Both the position numbers and the translations under genes were made by a program. A DNA stretch of 64,000 bases from Chara braunii (lineage: Eukaryota > Plantae > Charophyceae), in NCBI GenBank assembly GCA_003427395.1, contig BFEA01000011.1, positions 3,100,363 to 3,164,362 on the forward strand. Reading direction: 5' to 3'. Below the pieces are notes generated by a model that saw nothing but the letters and a program-made list of their open reading frames with translations, searched no databases and was not told the DNA's origin. Of the stretch, positions 25,193 to 35,503 are shown one piece after another (positions within the stretch are counted from its first letter, which is position 1; each line of letters opens with the position of its first letter).

Positions 25193-28100
25193 GCTGAAAA
25201 AAAAATTAAAAATTTTAAAAAATTAATAAATTATGTTATGCAGAAAAATAAACTGAACAACATTTGCCTCAGGGTCACATCGAAATTCTTTACCAAATTT
25301 AAAATAATTTTATTTTTATTATTATTTATTATTTTTGTTTTCAGCCCGACCGGGCAAGTGGTCCCGGGCCGCTCTGGTAGCCTAGGTTTCTACTATTTTC
25401 TAGAGGCTGTGAGAAAGGAAACTGTTTGACGTTCATGAGATTGGAGGATAGATGGAGAGCTCATTCTTTGTAAACAATACTAAACATGCTTGAATGTTGA
25501 AATCGTGAGCAGCAAAGCAGGAAAGGATGGGGAGAAAATTACTTCATAAACCAATCGTTAACTAGATTCGTTAGCCTTTTTGGAGGTGAAGACAGCAACG
25601 GGTAATTGGCGGTGGTCTTGCCCTTACAGTGTCTACCATTTTGTATTGTGATGATTTTTGTTGTCATGGAAGGCCCTGACTCCAGGATAGACAGAAGCAT
25701 CAATGGATATTGTGTTTTGGTCATGCTCTGACTGTGTCTCTCTTTTTTTCTTCCTGTGATCGACGTGCCGTGCGTTCCCCTTGAGCAGATGGAAGGCTCT
25801 GATTTCCGGATAAAGCTTGTCGAGCCTTTCACGCCGGACGATTCCTTTGCACTTCGGCCTCGACGCTTCAATCAAGCGTCCCATCAGTCAAGCTCATCAA
25901 TTCACACGGATATCCCAGGTCTGTTCAAGAGTGTGTTTCATAACTTTCATTCTATCTGATGAGTCTGATCCCTCATCTGTTCCCCTGAGGATTTGAGCTC
26001 AGGTTTGTTTATCAACAGTTCATCCAACTTCATTGGCAAGATTCGGCGTATCATTCAGCCACATGTGCTGGGTCCTAGGTCTGTTCATTGTACATGTCGC
26101 GTTTCACTTTTCCCCTTAGTCGTGAGTTGTGGGCTATTGTAAATGAGATGTATGCTCAACCGTTCACAGGAGAGCTACACCGAGACCTTGTGCAGTAACT
26201 CGCCAGAAAAAAATGGCAGAAAAGTAAAAAGGTTTGAAGACTCTGAACGCGTGTGCACACCCCGGAATGTGTGTATGTGGTATATCTGGCATAACGGGTC
26301 ATCGTTTGGGTTATTCGTCTGCTTTGTATCGGGGTGAAAATTTGGTTCTACCTTGGGCAAATATGGGCCATATGCGTCTTTTTTTTTCTTCTTCTTTTTC
26401 TTTTCTTTTTTTTAATGCACACACAAAAAAAGTTAAAAAACCCATATATTCTGCGGGGCTGCCAGGGCAGCAATTCTGGGGCCCCAAATGGGTCATATTA
26501 AAAACCAGGATTGTAGTAGGTTTCAGACAGACGATGGATCAGATTGTGGGTCATTTATGGGATCGTATTTGGATGTGAAATTTGGTCATGTATGCATCGT
26601 GTGTGGGGCCATATAGGCTATATGAAAGCCATCAGTCAGCTGTTTCAAGTTTTGCTTGTTGCAGGGATGCACTATTTTTCACTGGTTTTGTATTCTGCTT
26701 CAAGCGACCCTTTGTAGGGAAGCCTCGTTGCAACGTTGCAGTTCACATTGATGACAATGCAACAATATCGTTGCTTGCTCAGTAGCAATCGTATGCCAAA
26801 CGCACACGAAATATGGTACCAGGTCTCATCAGGCTCTGAAGGTCGGGCCCGTAGGCACTGTTCATCCGGGCCCGTAGGTAGCACTGTTCATCCAGCAGTC
26901 CATCCGGTAGCACTGTTCATCCGGAACTTTTCGGAATGACTCATTTTCCACCCTCAAGTTTGCCTAGGCGGTGTACTTGCGGGCTTAAGCCTGGCATTGG
27001 CCGCGGGCTGCTGCTTGCTGATAGAAAGTGCACTGTGGTACGAAGGACGTGGAATGGGCTGAATCGACGATGGGAAATTGGTCTTTTCATGACAAACTGT
27101 GCTGCACGCACTGAATAACATGCTCGCAGCATTTTGGTTGGATCAGGATCAGGGCCTGCGAGGAGTGGCCAATGTTTTCTTTGAATTTCTTGCAATGCCG
27201 AGCGTCTGATTGTGAGTGATGCTGGATGACAGACTATTTATGTCGTTTTGTTTTTGACAGAATACGCAAAAGAAGGGAAAAAAACGAAAAAAGAAGGAAA
27301 AAGAGATGATGAAGATTGAAAAAAAAAAAAAAAAAAAGGAAAATGAGAAGAGAAAGAAGACAAAAAAAAATAGTGCCTTGGGTGGGTCCACCGTTAGCGA
27401 GACATGGAGTATCTGCACGCGAAGGTATGTGCCAGCTTACTCAGGAGACTGTTTTCTTTTGTGGTTGTTGTTGCTGTTGTGTTGTTGTGGGCATTACCTG
27501 CCTGCACTGTAGGCAGCAACCTACTGTCTTCCCCCCAAGCACAACGCCCCCTTAGTTTGGCTGCACCGAACCGGAAACATAGCTTGTATACATTCGCTAC
27601 CAGGATGCGTTGTGTTCGGGGGAAGACGGTAGATCTGGTTACGGTTCCCTCATCCCTTTGTCATTTCACTCCAGATGTTTCTGCAGCAAAAACGGGACAG
27701 GCGATACAGCGGTGAGCAGGTTTCCTTAACCTGGTAGAAAGGTGATGGTTTCCACAAACTGCACAGTGGTTAACGGGGACCCCCACTTTTCGGCCCTGGA
27801 TAACGATGAATGACCCTGAAATTAGGGTTTCGCGGTCAAATTTTGTGTTTTTTTGGATTTTTTTTTTTGCCTGTTTTTGTTTTAGGACAAGCTTGCTGTG
27901 TGTCAAATTTGGTGTCATTCATAACCTGCTGTGGGCATTTTCTGTACACGTTGTTATCAGGATGCGTTGTGTTCGGGGGAAGATGGTAGCTCTGGTGACG
28001 GTTCCCACAACTGCTGTCCAGTCATGTCACTCCACCAAGATGGTAGAAAGGTGATGATTTCTAAGCGGCAGACAATGAGGCAGGAATGGGGGTAGAATTG

Positions 28101-30075
28101 ATGAGAGGAAGGGTGGGTACGGGTCTCATAAGGGGATTAGGACCCAGGGGAAAAAAAAAAAAAAAAAGCATAAAAAAAACTTGAGAAAAGGATTTTCCCT
28201 ACTTGGTTGCAAAGGAGGAAGAGTGCGGTTCCCATTCCGTTATGGTCGGCATTGTTGCGGTCGATTTCGATTCGGTGGTCCATGTATCGGTTCAGTAGTT
28301 GAGAAGTTATGTGTGCACGAACTGCCTAGCTTCTGAAAATTGTATGCAGGCACGATCAGACCGAGCAACGGTTAGGTGATTTGTGATGGCTTTCACCCCG
28401 GAAGGTAAGAAAAGGAAACAAAAAAAAAAATCAGCAGCCAGCTTTTAACCCCCCCCACCCCCCACCCCCCATTCTGTCCCATGTCCCCACGATCCTTTCT
28501 CCTCCCTCCCTCTCCTCCCTTCACGCACAGAAGGAGGTAGCCCCCTTGTTCTTCTTTCCGTACACCATTGCATCTCAGATTTTCCCGATTTGTGCACGAA
28601 GGAGAAAGGTTTAGGAAACCTTCTCATTGTCGTCAACCTTCTCCGCTCACCGCCTCCCAATAAACTTCTCACTGTTCTCAGACCGCGTCCTCGCAGTGTA
28701 TATCATCATAAACCCAGCTTGATTTCTAGTAATTTTGAATTTTCTACAAAAAAAAAAGGAATTTTGTTTTGCTGCTAACTTTTGCAGCCTTTGCTCGCAA
28801 ATGATCCAAAATCCCAATCGTTCTTCTATTTGGCCTAGGTAGCTTCTGACGTTTGCGTCCGTGTCCCCATGGTTGTGCGTGCCTGTGTCTCCACGGCAGA
28901 TCTAGACGTTGCAGAACCCATCGAACAGGATCTCATGGACCGCAAAGCTCCTCAGGATTCAGGCATTTCACCACAGAGCGTGGAGGAACTTGTGCAGCAG
29001 GTGGGTTGGGTTCATTGAATTCATTCATTTTGATTTGATTTACGGAATACCTGAAATAGGCATTGTTTTGGTGGTCGCTGCTATTCTTGTGCTGCTGATG
29101 AATGGAGATCCGTAAACATTTCTTTGTTTTTTTTTCCATTGGTGTTGGTAGGGTTCTTCAAAACCTTCTTGAATTTGAAAGCATTCAGATTCTCAGAAGT
29201 GTTGATTTGGATGGGGGTTGGAGGGCCGGACTCTAGAGGTCATTTTGAATTTAAAATTCTGATGCACATGGACGTATTGATTTTAAGGGGGTCCTGGCGG
29301 TTGGCAATCACAGCGCGGCATGCGCTGATATTAAGGGGGTCCTGACGGTTCAAACCTTCGAAGTTAAGTTTCCCAAATACATTTTGCCCCTTATCAGCCT
29401 GCTGTGACCATACAACAGCCATTACCAAGGAATGACAAGGATTTGATAAGTTTTATGGGCAAAGGGGTGTGTTCTGATGTGGAGGGGTGAGGGGAGGGGC
29501 AATGGGGAAGGAGGAGCAAGGGGAGTGTATGTGCAGGTTTGTCAGGTTAGGAGGACGAGCCCTCCTGCATCGTCTTTTGAGGATTTCATTTTGTTATTTT
29601 TCAGATGTTTCAGATTGTGGAAACATTGTCGTCGTTATTTGCCGAATGTTGTAAATTGTTGAAGTTTGATAGATGGTTGCTTGTTTTGACTGTGCAGTCG
29701 AAGGAGACGGCAAGAGAAGAGGAGAGGGCAGTCTCGACGATCCCATCGAAACCTCTACCGTTCAATGTGATAACAAATCAAGCACAGGCAGTGTCTGTGA
29801 CTGCAAGGCAAAAGCTGAAATTGATTCTAAAAAAAGACGTTATGTCACCCTCGATGTCGCCGTTGAACTCGCCGACAATTGCTGGAGGTTACGGTGCCGG
29901 GTTTATGTCGGACGCGGAGCTGAGTGGAGGGCTTGAGGGTGGCGATGGACGGTTTGAGGGGCCCGTCTCCAGTGCCGAAGGGCCTGGCTTTGGTTTGAAT
30001 GATTCGTGGCAGGGGATGAAGCTTCCGCCAGCAAGTCAGTATGATGCCTTTTTAAAGGCTGCAGGTCGGACTTAA
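91..30075 (+). CDS. EFR3: EFR3-like / SEMI-ROLLED LEAF 2-like ARM-repeat protein (PI4K-alpha complex scaffold family), 5'-partial, 14 exons in window
   Basis: Manual splice: join(91-138,1019-1312,2301-2363,5322-5462,8621-8730,10041-10173,14601-14765,17594-18151,20130-20205,21487-21614,23897-24100,25789-25918,28900-29000,29698-30075). All junctions are GT-AG, phases are consistent and there are no internal stops. Motifs collinear with plant EFR3 homologs as I recall them: [119 protein letters not shown]-terminal [15 protein letters not shown]. Confidence 0.92.
235..572. repeat. Compound (GT)n microsatellite interleaved with tactatcaccacagcaacc-like units
   Basis: GT runs separated by four related short units. 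Confidence 0.9.
1019..1312 (+). CDS. EFR3: EFR3-like exon (IVNATLDNY...[12 protein letters not shown])
   Basis: ttttgcAG / GTaaga; 294 nt; lies inside ORF 473..1348. Confidence 0.9.
2301..2363 (+). CDS. EFR3: EFR3-like exon ([21 protein letters not shown])
   Basis: tttttcAG / GTacga; highly conserved family motif. Confidence 0.92.
2469..2754. mobile_element. Putative MITE with 18-bp inverted repeat
   Basis: gggactgagaggaaccta (2469-2486) and taggttcctctcagtccc (2737-2754); TSD not resolved. Confidence 0.5.
3370..4600 (-). mobile_element. Decayed LINE ORF2 3' portion, intronic and antisense
   Basis: Minus-frame peptides [16 protein letters not shown] and PPLNQWLHN resemble the C-terminus of the LINE at 62900-63250 (LFHLSRKAVLWALWHKR); interrupted by a MITE. 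Confidence 0.55.
4184..4292. mobile_element. Hairpin MITE family A (Tc1/mariner-pogo-like, TA TSD)
   Basis: TA-ccttcttcccccgaatacaacg...tgttgtattcgggggaagcagg-TA; near-palindromic. Confidence 0.8.
5322..5462 (+). CDS. EFR3: EFR3-like exon ([21 protein letters not shown]...VRHLD...RRNK)
   Basis: gtgcAG / GTgagt; 141 nt. Confidence 0.85.
8621..8730 (+). CDS. EFR3: EFR3-like exon ([15 protein letters not shown]...DLSRHLRR)
   Basis: cgttAG / GTaata; phase 0/2; this reading frame is not in the ORF track. Confidence 0.85.
10041..10173 (+). CDS. EFR3: EFR3-like exon (MEEYEK...[11 protein letters not shown])
   Basis: caccAG / GTacgt; phase 2/0. Confidence 0.88.
11681..12365. other. Assembly gap (N)
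   Basis: Run of N. Confidence 1.
12898..13305. repeat. Tandem repeat, three units of ~130-140 bp
   Basis: gaatgaa..ttctgctagaacatggaa...gcaaggcccttagggccactgc x3; diverged monomer at about 21958-22070. Confidence 0.85.
13756..14235. other. Assembly gap (N)
   Basis: Run of N inside a G-rich TIR element copy. Confidence 1.
14601..14765 (+). CDS. EFR3: EFR3-like exon ([18 protein letters not shown]...HAFPE)
   Basis: actttAG / GTgcag; 165 nt; frame missed by ORF track. Confidence 0.88.
15335..15432. mobile_element. MITE family A copy
   Basis: TAccgtctttccccgaac...tttggggaagacggTA. Confidence 0.75.
15787..16355. mobile_element. Non-autonomous TIR element (hAT-like CAG..CTG ends) with G-rich internal minisatellite
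   Basis: cagggttgaatacccg ... cggggtatgcaacactg; subterminal ccgacc repeats; related partial copies at 12366-12500 and 13681-14375; TSD not evident. Confidence 0.6.
17594..18151 (+). CDS. EFR3: EFR3-like exon ([18 protein letters not shown]...HSKPK)
   Basis: atgcAG / GTgagt; 558 nt; ORF 17588..18229. Confidence 0.92.
18460..18568. mobile_element. MITE family A copy
   Basis: TAccttcttcccccc...cgttgtattcgggggaagaaggTA. Confidence 0.8.
18570..18695. mobile_element. Hairpin MITE family D
   Basis: TAcatccgaaaaagcagattga...tcaatctgctttttcggatgTA; perfect 22-bp terminal inverted repeat including TA. Confidence 0.8.
18888..18996. mobile_element. MITE family A copy (subfamily variant)
   Basis: TActgtcttcaaccgaatacaacg...cgttctattcgggtgacgacggTA. 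Confidence 0.75.
19144..19272 (+). ncRNA. Tandem minimal hammerhead-ribozyme-like motifs (Penelope-type); stem I not formed
   Basis: Copy 2: CTGATGA (19213-19219), stem II GTCGG/CCGAC, GAAA-C-A-gtt-T-GTC. Copy 1 lies 72 nt upstream with a mutated core. Confidence 0.5.
20130..20205 (+). CDS. EFR3: EFR3-like exon ([25 protein letters not shown])
   Basis: tctgcAG / GTaggt; phase 0/1; matches the family RxFQLAFSLR motif. Confidence 0.85.
21487..21614 (+). CDS. EFR3: EFR3-like exon ([25 protein letters not shown]...)
   Basis: ttgcAG / GTaagg; phase 1/0. Confidence 0.9.
22620..23700. repeat. Diverged local duplication (about 22620-23040 vs 23390-23695); related piece at about 7750-7960
   Basis: Shared cctatagaactc, gcatcatta.gagaacagac, caggagtatacct, gtgggcagccttgtacgt, gggtacccca. 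Confidence 0.75.
23897..24100 (+). CDS. EFR3: EFR3-like exon ([16 protein letters not shown]...PGLVE)
   Basis: gtgcAG / GTaaga; 204 nt. Confidence 0.88.
25087..25384. mobile_element. MITE family B (~300 bp, TAGGCYACCAG termini)
   Basis: ctaggccaccag...ctggtagcctag; internal sequence shared with 54634-54927. Confidence 0.8.
25789..25918 (+). CDS. EFR3: EFR3-like exon ([20 protein letters not shown]...)
   Basis: gagcAG / GTctgt; phase 0/1; FTPDD motif. Confidence 0.85.
27522..27631. mobile_element. MITE family A copy; partial second copy at about 27955-27990
   Basis: TActgtcttcccccc...gttcgggggaagacggTA. Confidence 0.75.
28900..29000 (+). CDS. EFR3: EFR3-like exon ([11 protein letters not shown]...SVEELVQQ)
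   Basis: ggcAG / GTgggt; phase 1/0; an alternative in-frame acceptor lies 15 nt downstream. Confidence 0.75.
29698..30075 (+). CDS. EFR3: EFR3-like terminal exon (SKETAREE...[17 protein letters not shown])
   Basis: gtgcAG acceptor, TAA stop at 30073-30075; family C-terminal motif. Confidence 0.92.
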   Translation, partial: SKETAREEERAVSTIPSKPLPFNVITNQAQAVSVTARQKLKLILKKDVMSPSMSPLNSPTIAGGYGAGFMSDAELSGGLEGGDGRFEGPVSSAEGPGFGLNDSWQGMKLPPASQYDAFLKAAGRT

Positions 30076-30149
30076 CCTTCCGAGTTCATCTCATCGCCAA
30101 GCCAGGTGTGAGTATTAATTACTATCTAAATGTCAGCTGAATTGCTGAT

Positions 30150-31350
30150 TCATTCCCCAGTATCCAGACATTCTTCGGGCTCGCTCGACTGGTCGTTTGG
30201 CATTTGTCCGTCGATCCAAGCTGGCATGCCGCAGAGCGAGTAGCATCTACTCCTCAAGCTGTCGTCTGTCGGCATGGCAGAGCGAGAGTAGCTGCTACTC
30301 CTCAAGCTGTCCACTGTTGGCATGACAGAGCGAGTAGTGGTAATTCCTCTCGCTGTCGTCTGCTGGCACGGAAGAGCGAGTAGCGGCTAGTCCTCCAGGC
30401 TCCAGGTGCTTCTTGATCCATTTGTGGTGTGGGTTCTGTGTGTAGAACGTTCCCATGGAGTTTGATGCATTCTTCAGGCTTGCTGGACTGATTGCGTTGC
30501 ATTTGTCAAATTGTTTGAAGCTCTCGTCTGTTGGGATGGCATCTAGTCCTCCAGGTGTCGTCTCTTTGCACGCCAGAACGATTCGCTGCTACTCCTCAAG
30601 CCGTCGTCTGTTGGCATGGAAGAACGAGGAGCGGCTAGTCCTCCAGGTGCTTCTTGCCTCCATTTCTGGTGTGGTTTCTGTATGTAGAACGTCGCCATGC
30701 AGTCCGACCCATTCTTTGGGCTTGCTGCACTGGCTGCCTTGCATTTGTCCATCGTTTGAGGCTGTCGTCTGTTGGCATGACAGGGTGAGTAGCGGCTCCT
30801 CCTCAAGCTGTTGTCTGTTTGCATGGCAGAGCGAGTAGCAGCGAGTCTGTCGGTATGGCAAAGCGAGTAGCAGCGAGTGTGTCAGCAGGGCAGAGCGAGT
30901 AGCAGCGAGTCTGTCGGTATGGCAGAGCGAGTAGCAGCAAGTGTGTCAGCATGGCAGAGCGAGTAGCGGCTAAGTCCTCGAGGTGATTCGTGCCTCGATT
31001 TCTGGTGTGGGTTTGGTATGCAGAACGTTGCCACACTGTTTGACGCATTCTTGAGGCTTGCAGGACTGGTTGCTTTGCATTTTGCTCATCGGTTGAAGTT
31101 CTCGCTCTGTTGCACTGGCACAGAGAGTGGTGGGTATTTCCCGTGGCGAGGTAATCTTGCCTCCGTTTCTGATGGAGGTTTTTTGTACGTAGAGTGTTCC
31201 GATGGACTGGTTGCTTCGCATTTGCTCATCGGTTGAAAGGTCTCACTCTGTTGCATTGGCACAGAGAGTGGCGGGTGTTTCCCATGGCGAGGTAACCTTG
31301 CCTCCATTTCTGATCCAGGTTTTTTGTACGTAGAGTGTTTCGATGGAATC
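30150..31350. repeat. Complex tandem repeat downstream of the EFR3 stop (short ggcagagcgagtagca units within longer units)
   Basis: Multiple ggcagagcgagtagcagc copies, several longer diverged units, and a ~120-bp duplication at 31075-31350. Confidence 0.85.
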
Positions 31351-33979
31351 GTCTTCCACTTCCATATGCCGTGGCCGATGATATGTATTTTTAAGTTCTC
31401 TTGATGCTTTCATTGGCCTTCCATATTTATTTAGCAATCTACGGGTCGGGGAAGAAAGTTGGGCCATCACCTGTCGGTAGATTTTGTCGATGTAGAGCCC
31501 GATCCAGATCGGTACCTGGAGCCGACACAACGGAATCGAACCGGTGACCTCGCCCATAACAGCCAGGCCAGCACCTGGGTTGGCTTGCTCTTCTGGAACA
31601 TGCCTCTTTTCTTTGGATGACAATGGATGTTAATGATGATACACACTGCAGCATGTCATTAGTGTGCCAGCAGTTCGTGGTAACTTGTGACCACGATGTC
31701 TTCGAGCGGCAAAGTGTGGATAGAATTGATTGGTGGTGTGGTCAAAGTAGACTTTTATTTTGTTGGTTTGGCAATAACAAGTCGGTGCGGCAATTTGGCC
31801 CAAAGGCAGTTGTTCGGGTGAGGGCAACGCCAAGAGTTTCGTTGGGAAGAGGAGAGAGGGGGAATTAGGGACCTTGTCTTGCAAGTCTTGAAACAGTCTG
31901 TTGCAGCCGACATGGCGTGGAAGATGGGGATAACCCCGGAGGGCAGCATATTTAGACGCAGCAAGCAAGGTGCGCGTGGAGAAAAAAGACCGGAGCAGGG
32001 CGAGATATTTGTATGTGGTCCTTTGTGGGTCCAGCAGCATCCTTTGCCGTTGCGTCCGTTTTGCCTGAGGCAGCGGATCAGGCGAGGAGAAAGGTCGGAG
32101 ATTAGTTCTCTGACATTGTCGACAATGAAGGGATGGAGCGGCCTTGTCTTTCGAAAGATTTTCTCCCAAAAGGATTTTTGCGGCATTAGAGAGCAGAGAA
32201 GACAGCATAGACAAGTCATGGATCAACAATTTATATACGCACGTACGTACGTTCATGTGTACATAGGTGGGATGATCCCTAGGTGGAAGCCGATCCTGCG
32301 ACCTTCATCAAAATGGCCGCGTGAACTAGAACGGCGACCAGTGTGGTGGACAGATGAGCCTCTGCCAATAGAGGCATCACCTCCGATTCACCTGTACCCC
32401 TGCTCTCGCTGCCTCCACAGTTGAGTCGTCAGTGTACCCTGCGTTCACTGCATTTGGGTGTATCGGTTTTCCTTCGGCCTAATGCGAACAATAAAGAAGC
32501 CAAGCAGGCAAGGAAATAGACTATGCAGCCAGGCGGGACTGCTCTGCCTCTTGGGCAAAGCAGCCGGCCATTACTTCATCTCGATGATAACAGCACAGCA
32601 CTCAATTGTTCGCAGCCGAAGGGTCTTTGTTATTCGGATATCCCGCCAGTCCGAAGGGTCTCTCAGTCTTCATCTCCTCTGTCCATGGCTACTTATGATG
32701 GATTGAATTGAGTGGTATCACAACAATTTTTATTTTGACAACTGACTCGTTGATCTTGGGGCAGTTTTGGAAGATTCCGCATCATTTTCAGCCTTTTCCG
32801 AAAGAGTGGAGGCCTGAGAGAGGAGAGTCCTTGCATCGTCTTCTCTGTGAAAAACTGCTCAAGTGTCCGATGTCTTTACTCCTCCTCCTCCTCCTCCTCC
32901 TCCTCCTCCTCAACGATTTTCCTGTGGTTGGGAGGAATGAGTGCCATTTTAAGCCTTTTTCCAAGACAGCGGTGCTAGAGAGCAGAGCGTTTCAATCCCC
33001 TTGGAAAGCAGTTCAACCGTCAAATGCCCCCCCCTTTTTTTTTTCTTTTTTTTTTTTTACACAGGTTGTACTCTAGCAGCCAGCGTATCCATGGTATGCA
33101 ACAGTTTTGCTATTATATTATTATTAATTTATAATAATTATAAAGGGGATGTGCTACACAGGGAATGGCAGGTTGATTCTGTGAGTACATGTCATGATGT
33201 CTGCTATTCTCTTCATTTGTTTCGGTATGGCAAAATATATATTATACTATAATATGTGTCGTACAGGGAATGATGGGTGAACTCAGGGCCAAGGGTTTGA
33301 ATTTAGACGCAATACAAGGTTCAAAAAAAAAAAAAAAAAATAGTGACGCGCGTCTGGCTTTCCCACAAAAAAAAAAAAAAAAAAAGCTGCTGGTAAAAAT
33401 GGTTGACACCGAAGTGAATAAAGCGAGCGCAGCGGCGTGTGGTAGGCGGATGCAAAGGAGTGACCTGGCAATGATGGAAAGAAATTATAGGGTGATGAAC
33501 AGTGAAAGAAAGATAATAATACCGAAGACCTAGCGAAGAGGAAGATGACGCACTGTCTATGGATGGATTGGAAAAGGCCCTCTGGGATAGATGAAAGGAA
33601 AGTGCTGCCCCTGGTGGGCAGAGCCGTCCACTCCGGAGTATCAGATTGCTGAAATCCCGGTCCGACACAACAGTTGGGGACATTGGAGGCCAGATATGGA
33701 AGGCCAAAAATCGGTCTCCTATCGTCGCTGGAGCAAATAAGTTTGTATGCTGTTGAGACAGTGCTGACACTCTGTTTTGTTTTTGTATTATTAGTGTGTT
33801 GTTGGGACAGAAAGTCTTCGGAGCTCTGCGCAATTCATTCTGCTCTGTGTAATTCGTTCCACTCTTGTTTGCCGCTAAGCAAGCTAACCTTGTTTCAAAT
33901 TTTCGTTTATGCTGCAGCAGCATGCTCGACGCATTGCTCGTGACTGCTTTTGTGTGAGGGTGTGGGTGTGCAGTCCCGC

Positions 33980-34024
<45 letters not shown>

Positions 34025-34117
34025 GGGTTGGGGTTGGGGTAGGGTTCCTCGGCTGACAGTTGGCATGAGATTGCATTATGACCCTGGTGTATTTGCACAC
34101 ATCATTTTGCTTAGAGT

Positions 34118-34240
34118 ATACTCACACTAGGGGCCCTCAAAATCACAAAATGAGCGGCCAGATAGAGTCCTTGTAAAGGAAGGACTAGATCTGGCCGCTC
34201 ATTTTGGGATTTTGCGATTTTGAGGGCCTAGTGTGAGTAT
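34118..34240. mobile_element. Foldback/hairpin MITE
   Basis: atactcacactagg...aaaatgagcggccagat / atctggccgctcatttt...cctagtgtgagtat. Confidence 0.75.
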
Positions 34241-34276
34241 GCCCTTATGATGGCACATCAGATAGCATAATACCAA

Positions 34277-34345
34277 CCGGCCTAGCTCAGTCGGGACACC
34301 CATGAACTGTTGAGATACAGACCTGAGTTCGATTCCAGATGGAAC
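34277..34345 (+). mobile_element. tRNA-derived SINE-like head (Pol III A/B boxes)
   Basis: tagctcagtcgg (A box) and gagttcgattcc (B box) about 30 nt apart; no cloverleaf. Confidence 0.45.
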
Positions 34346-35170
34346 AAGATGAAGATAGCACGATGGCAGCCAAAGCATATCCACAAAGAGCGAATACTAC
34401 ATTCATCACACCCAAACAGTTTGCGCCGTGCTGTATGTGCACAAGTCACTTGTTCTTTATAAAGGCTTTCTGAGGACAAGGAACTCTTTGCTCAAGATGG
34501 GCTGGAGTGTGTATTTCGGGCGGGCTGCCAAGGAACACATACTCGCATCATGCCTCGCATGCAGCAGAGGCAAGGGTTCTTTATTTCCAAGCTGTGCTGG
34601 AGCCTATATTTTGGACTGCCACACTGGAAGAGAGCGGAGGAGAGGGTGGAACACATGCCCACATGCAGAAGAGGTAAGCGCTCGTTATGAACTTGTGTGA
34701 CTTGTAAAGGCTCTTGCGCTGGAGTGTGAATTTTGGGCTGTCACACTGGCGGGGAGCGGAGGAGAGAGACGCTAAAGTGCATGCTCACCAGCAGGAGAGG
34801 CAGATGTTCTTTATGGATGTCAACCTTGTTCTTGTGGGGGCTTGATGTTGCCCAAATGGAAGCAATCTCATCTTTTGTGTGGCGCTTGGTCGATCATCGC
34901 TCTCCTGCATCCATGTGGGGGGCGGGGTCTGTCGAGGTTCTGCGTGTGTGCTTAGCTCTGCGTGTGTGCTTACCTCTCCGATCGCAGGTACGGCGGCATC
35001 ACATTTGACATGACATCTAAAAGGAAGGTACTGTCCAGTCTGCCACCTCTACCCATTTGGTTTGCCTAATTGTATGTAGGTTCTTTTTTTTTTTTTTTTT
35101 TTTAAATATGCAGGTTCTTTTGAGGTGGAGTGCTCTGTTTACTCGGGATTCAAATTTAATTCAACTGAAG

Positions 35171-35237
35171 TACCGTCTTCACCCGAATATAACGGCCAGT
35201 CTTCTTCTTCTTCTTTTTTTTTTTTTTTTTTTTTTTT

Positions 35238-35285
<48 letters not shown>

Positions 35286-35503
35286 CGAAACGCCAGAGCA
35301 GCGTCACTAGCAGGGGGGGGGGGGGGGTTACGAGCAGCCTCCCCTAGTGCACGTTCCGGGTGCTCCATTCTATTGGTGGGGAGCTGCACCTGTGGGGAAA
35401 CCGGTCCAGAGTCCCGTTTAGAAGTATTTTGGGAAATTTGGGGGCATTTTTCAGTCCAGGTGCAGCGGTAATGACCGGGCGTTCTATTCGGGTGAAGACG
35501 GTA
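35171..35503. mobile_element. MITE family A copy interrupted by a LINE-tail retro-insertion
   Basis: 5' arm 35171-35201 and 3' arm about 35433-35503 match the 18888 copy; the middle is a (TTG)n/T tract plus the inverted LINE 3' motif. Confidence 0.75.

Noticed and set aside
26665-26785. Additional EFR3 exon ([13 protein letters not shown]...)
   Set aside because: Runs into a stop without a convincing donor; exons 25789-25918 and 28900-29000 already join in phase
26805-26855. CTGATGAG on the minus strand (related copy at about 24670) as a hammerhead
   Set aside because: No stem II followed by GAAA; part of a dispersed repeat
31617-32424. Overlapping 150-208 aa ORFs as a gene
   Set aside because: No recognisable domain, splice pattern or consistent frame
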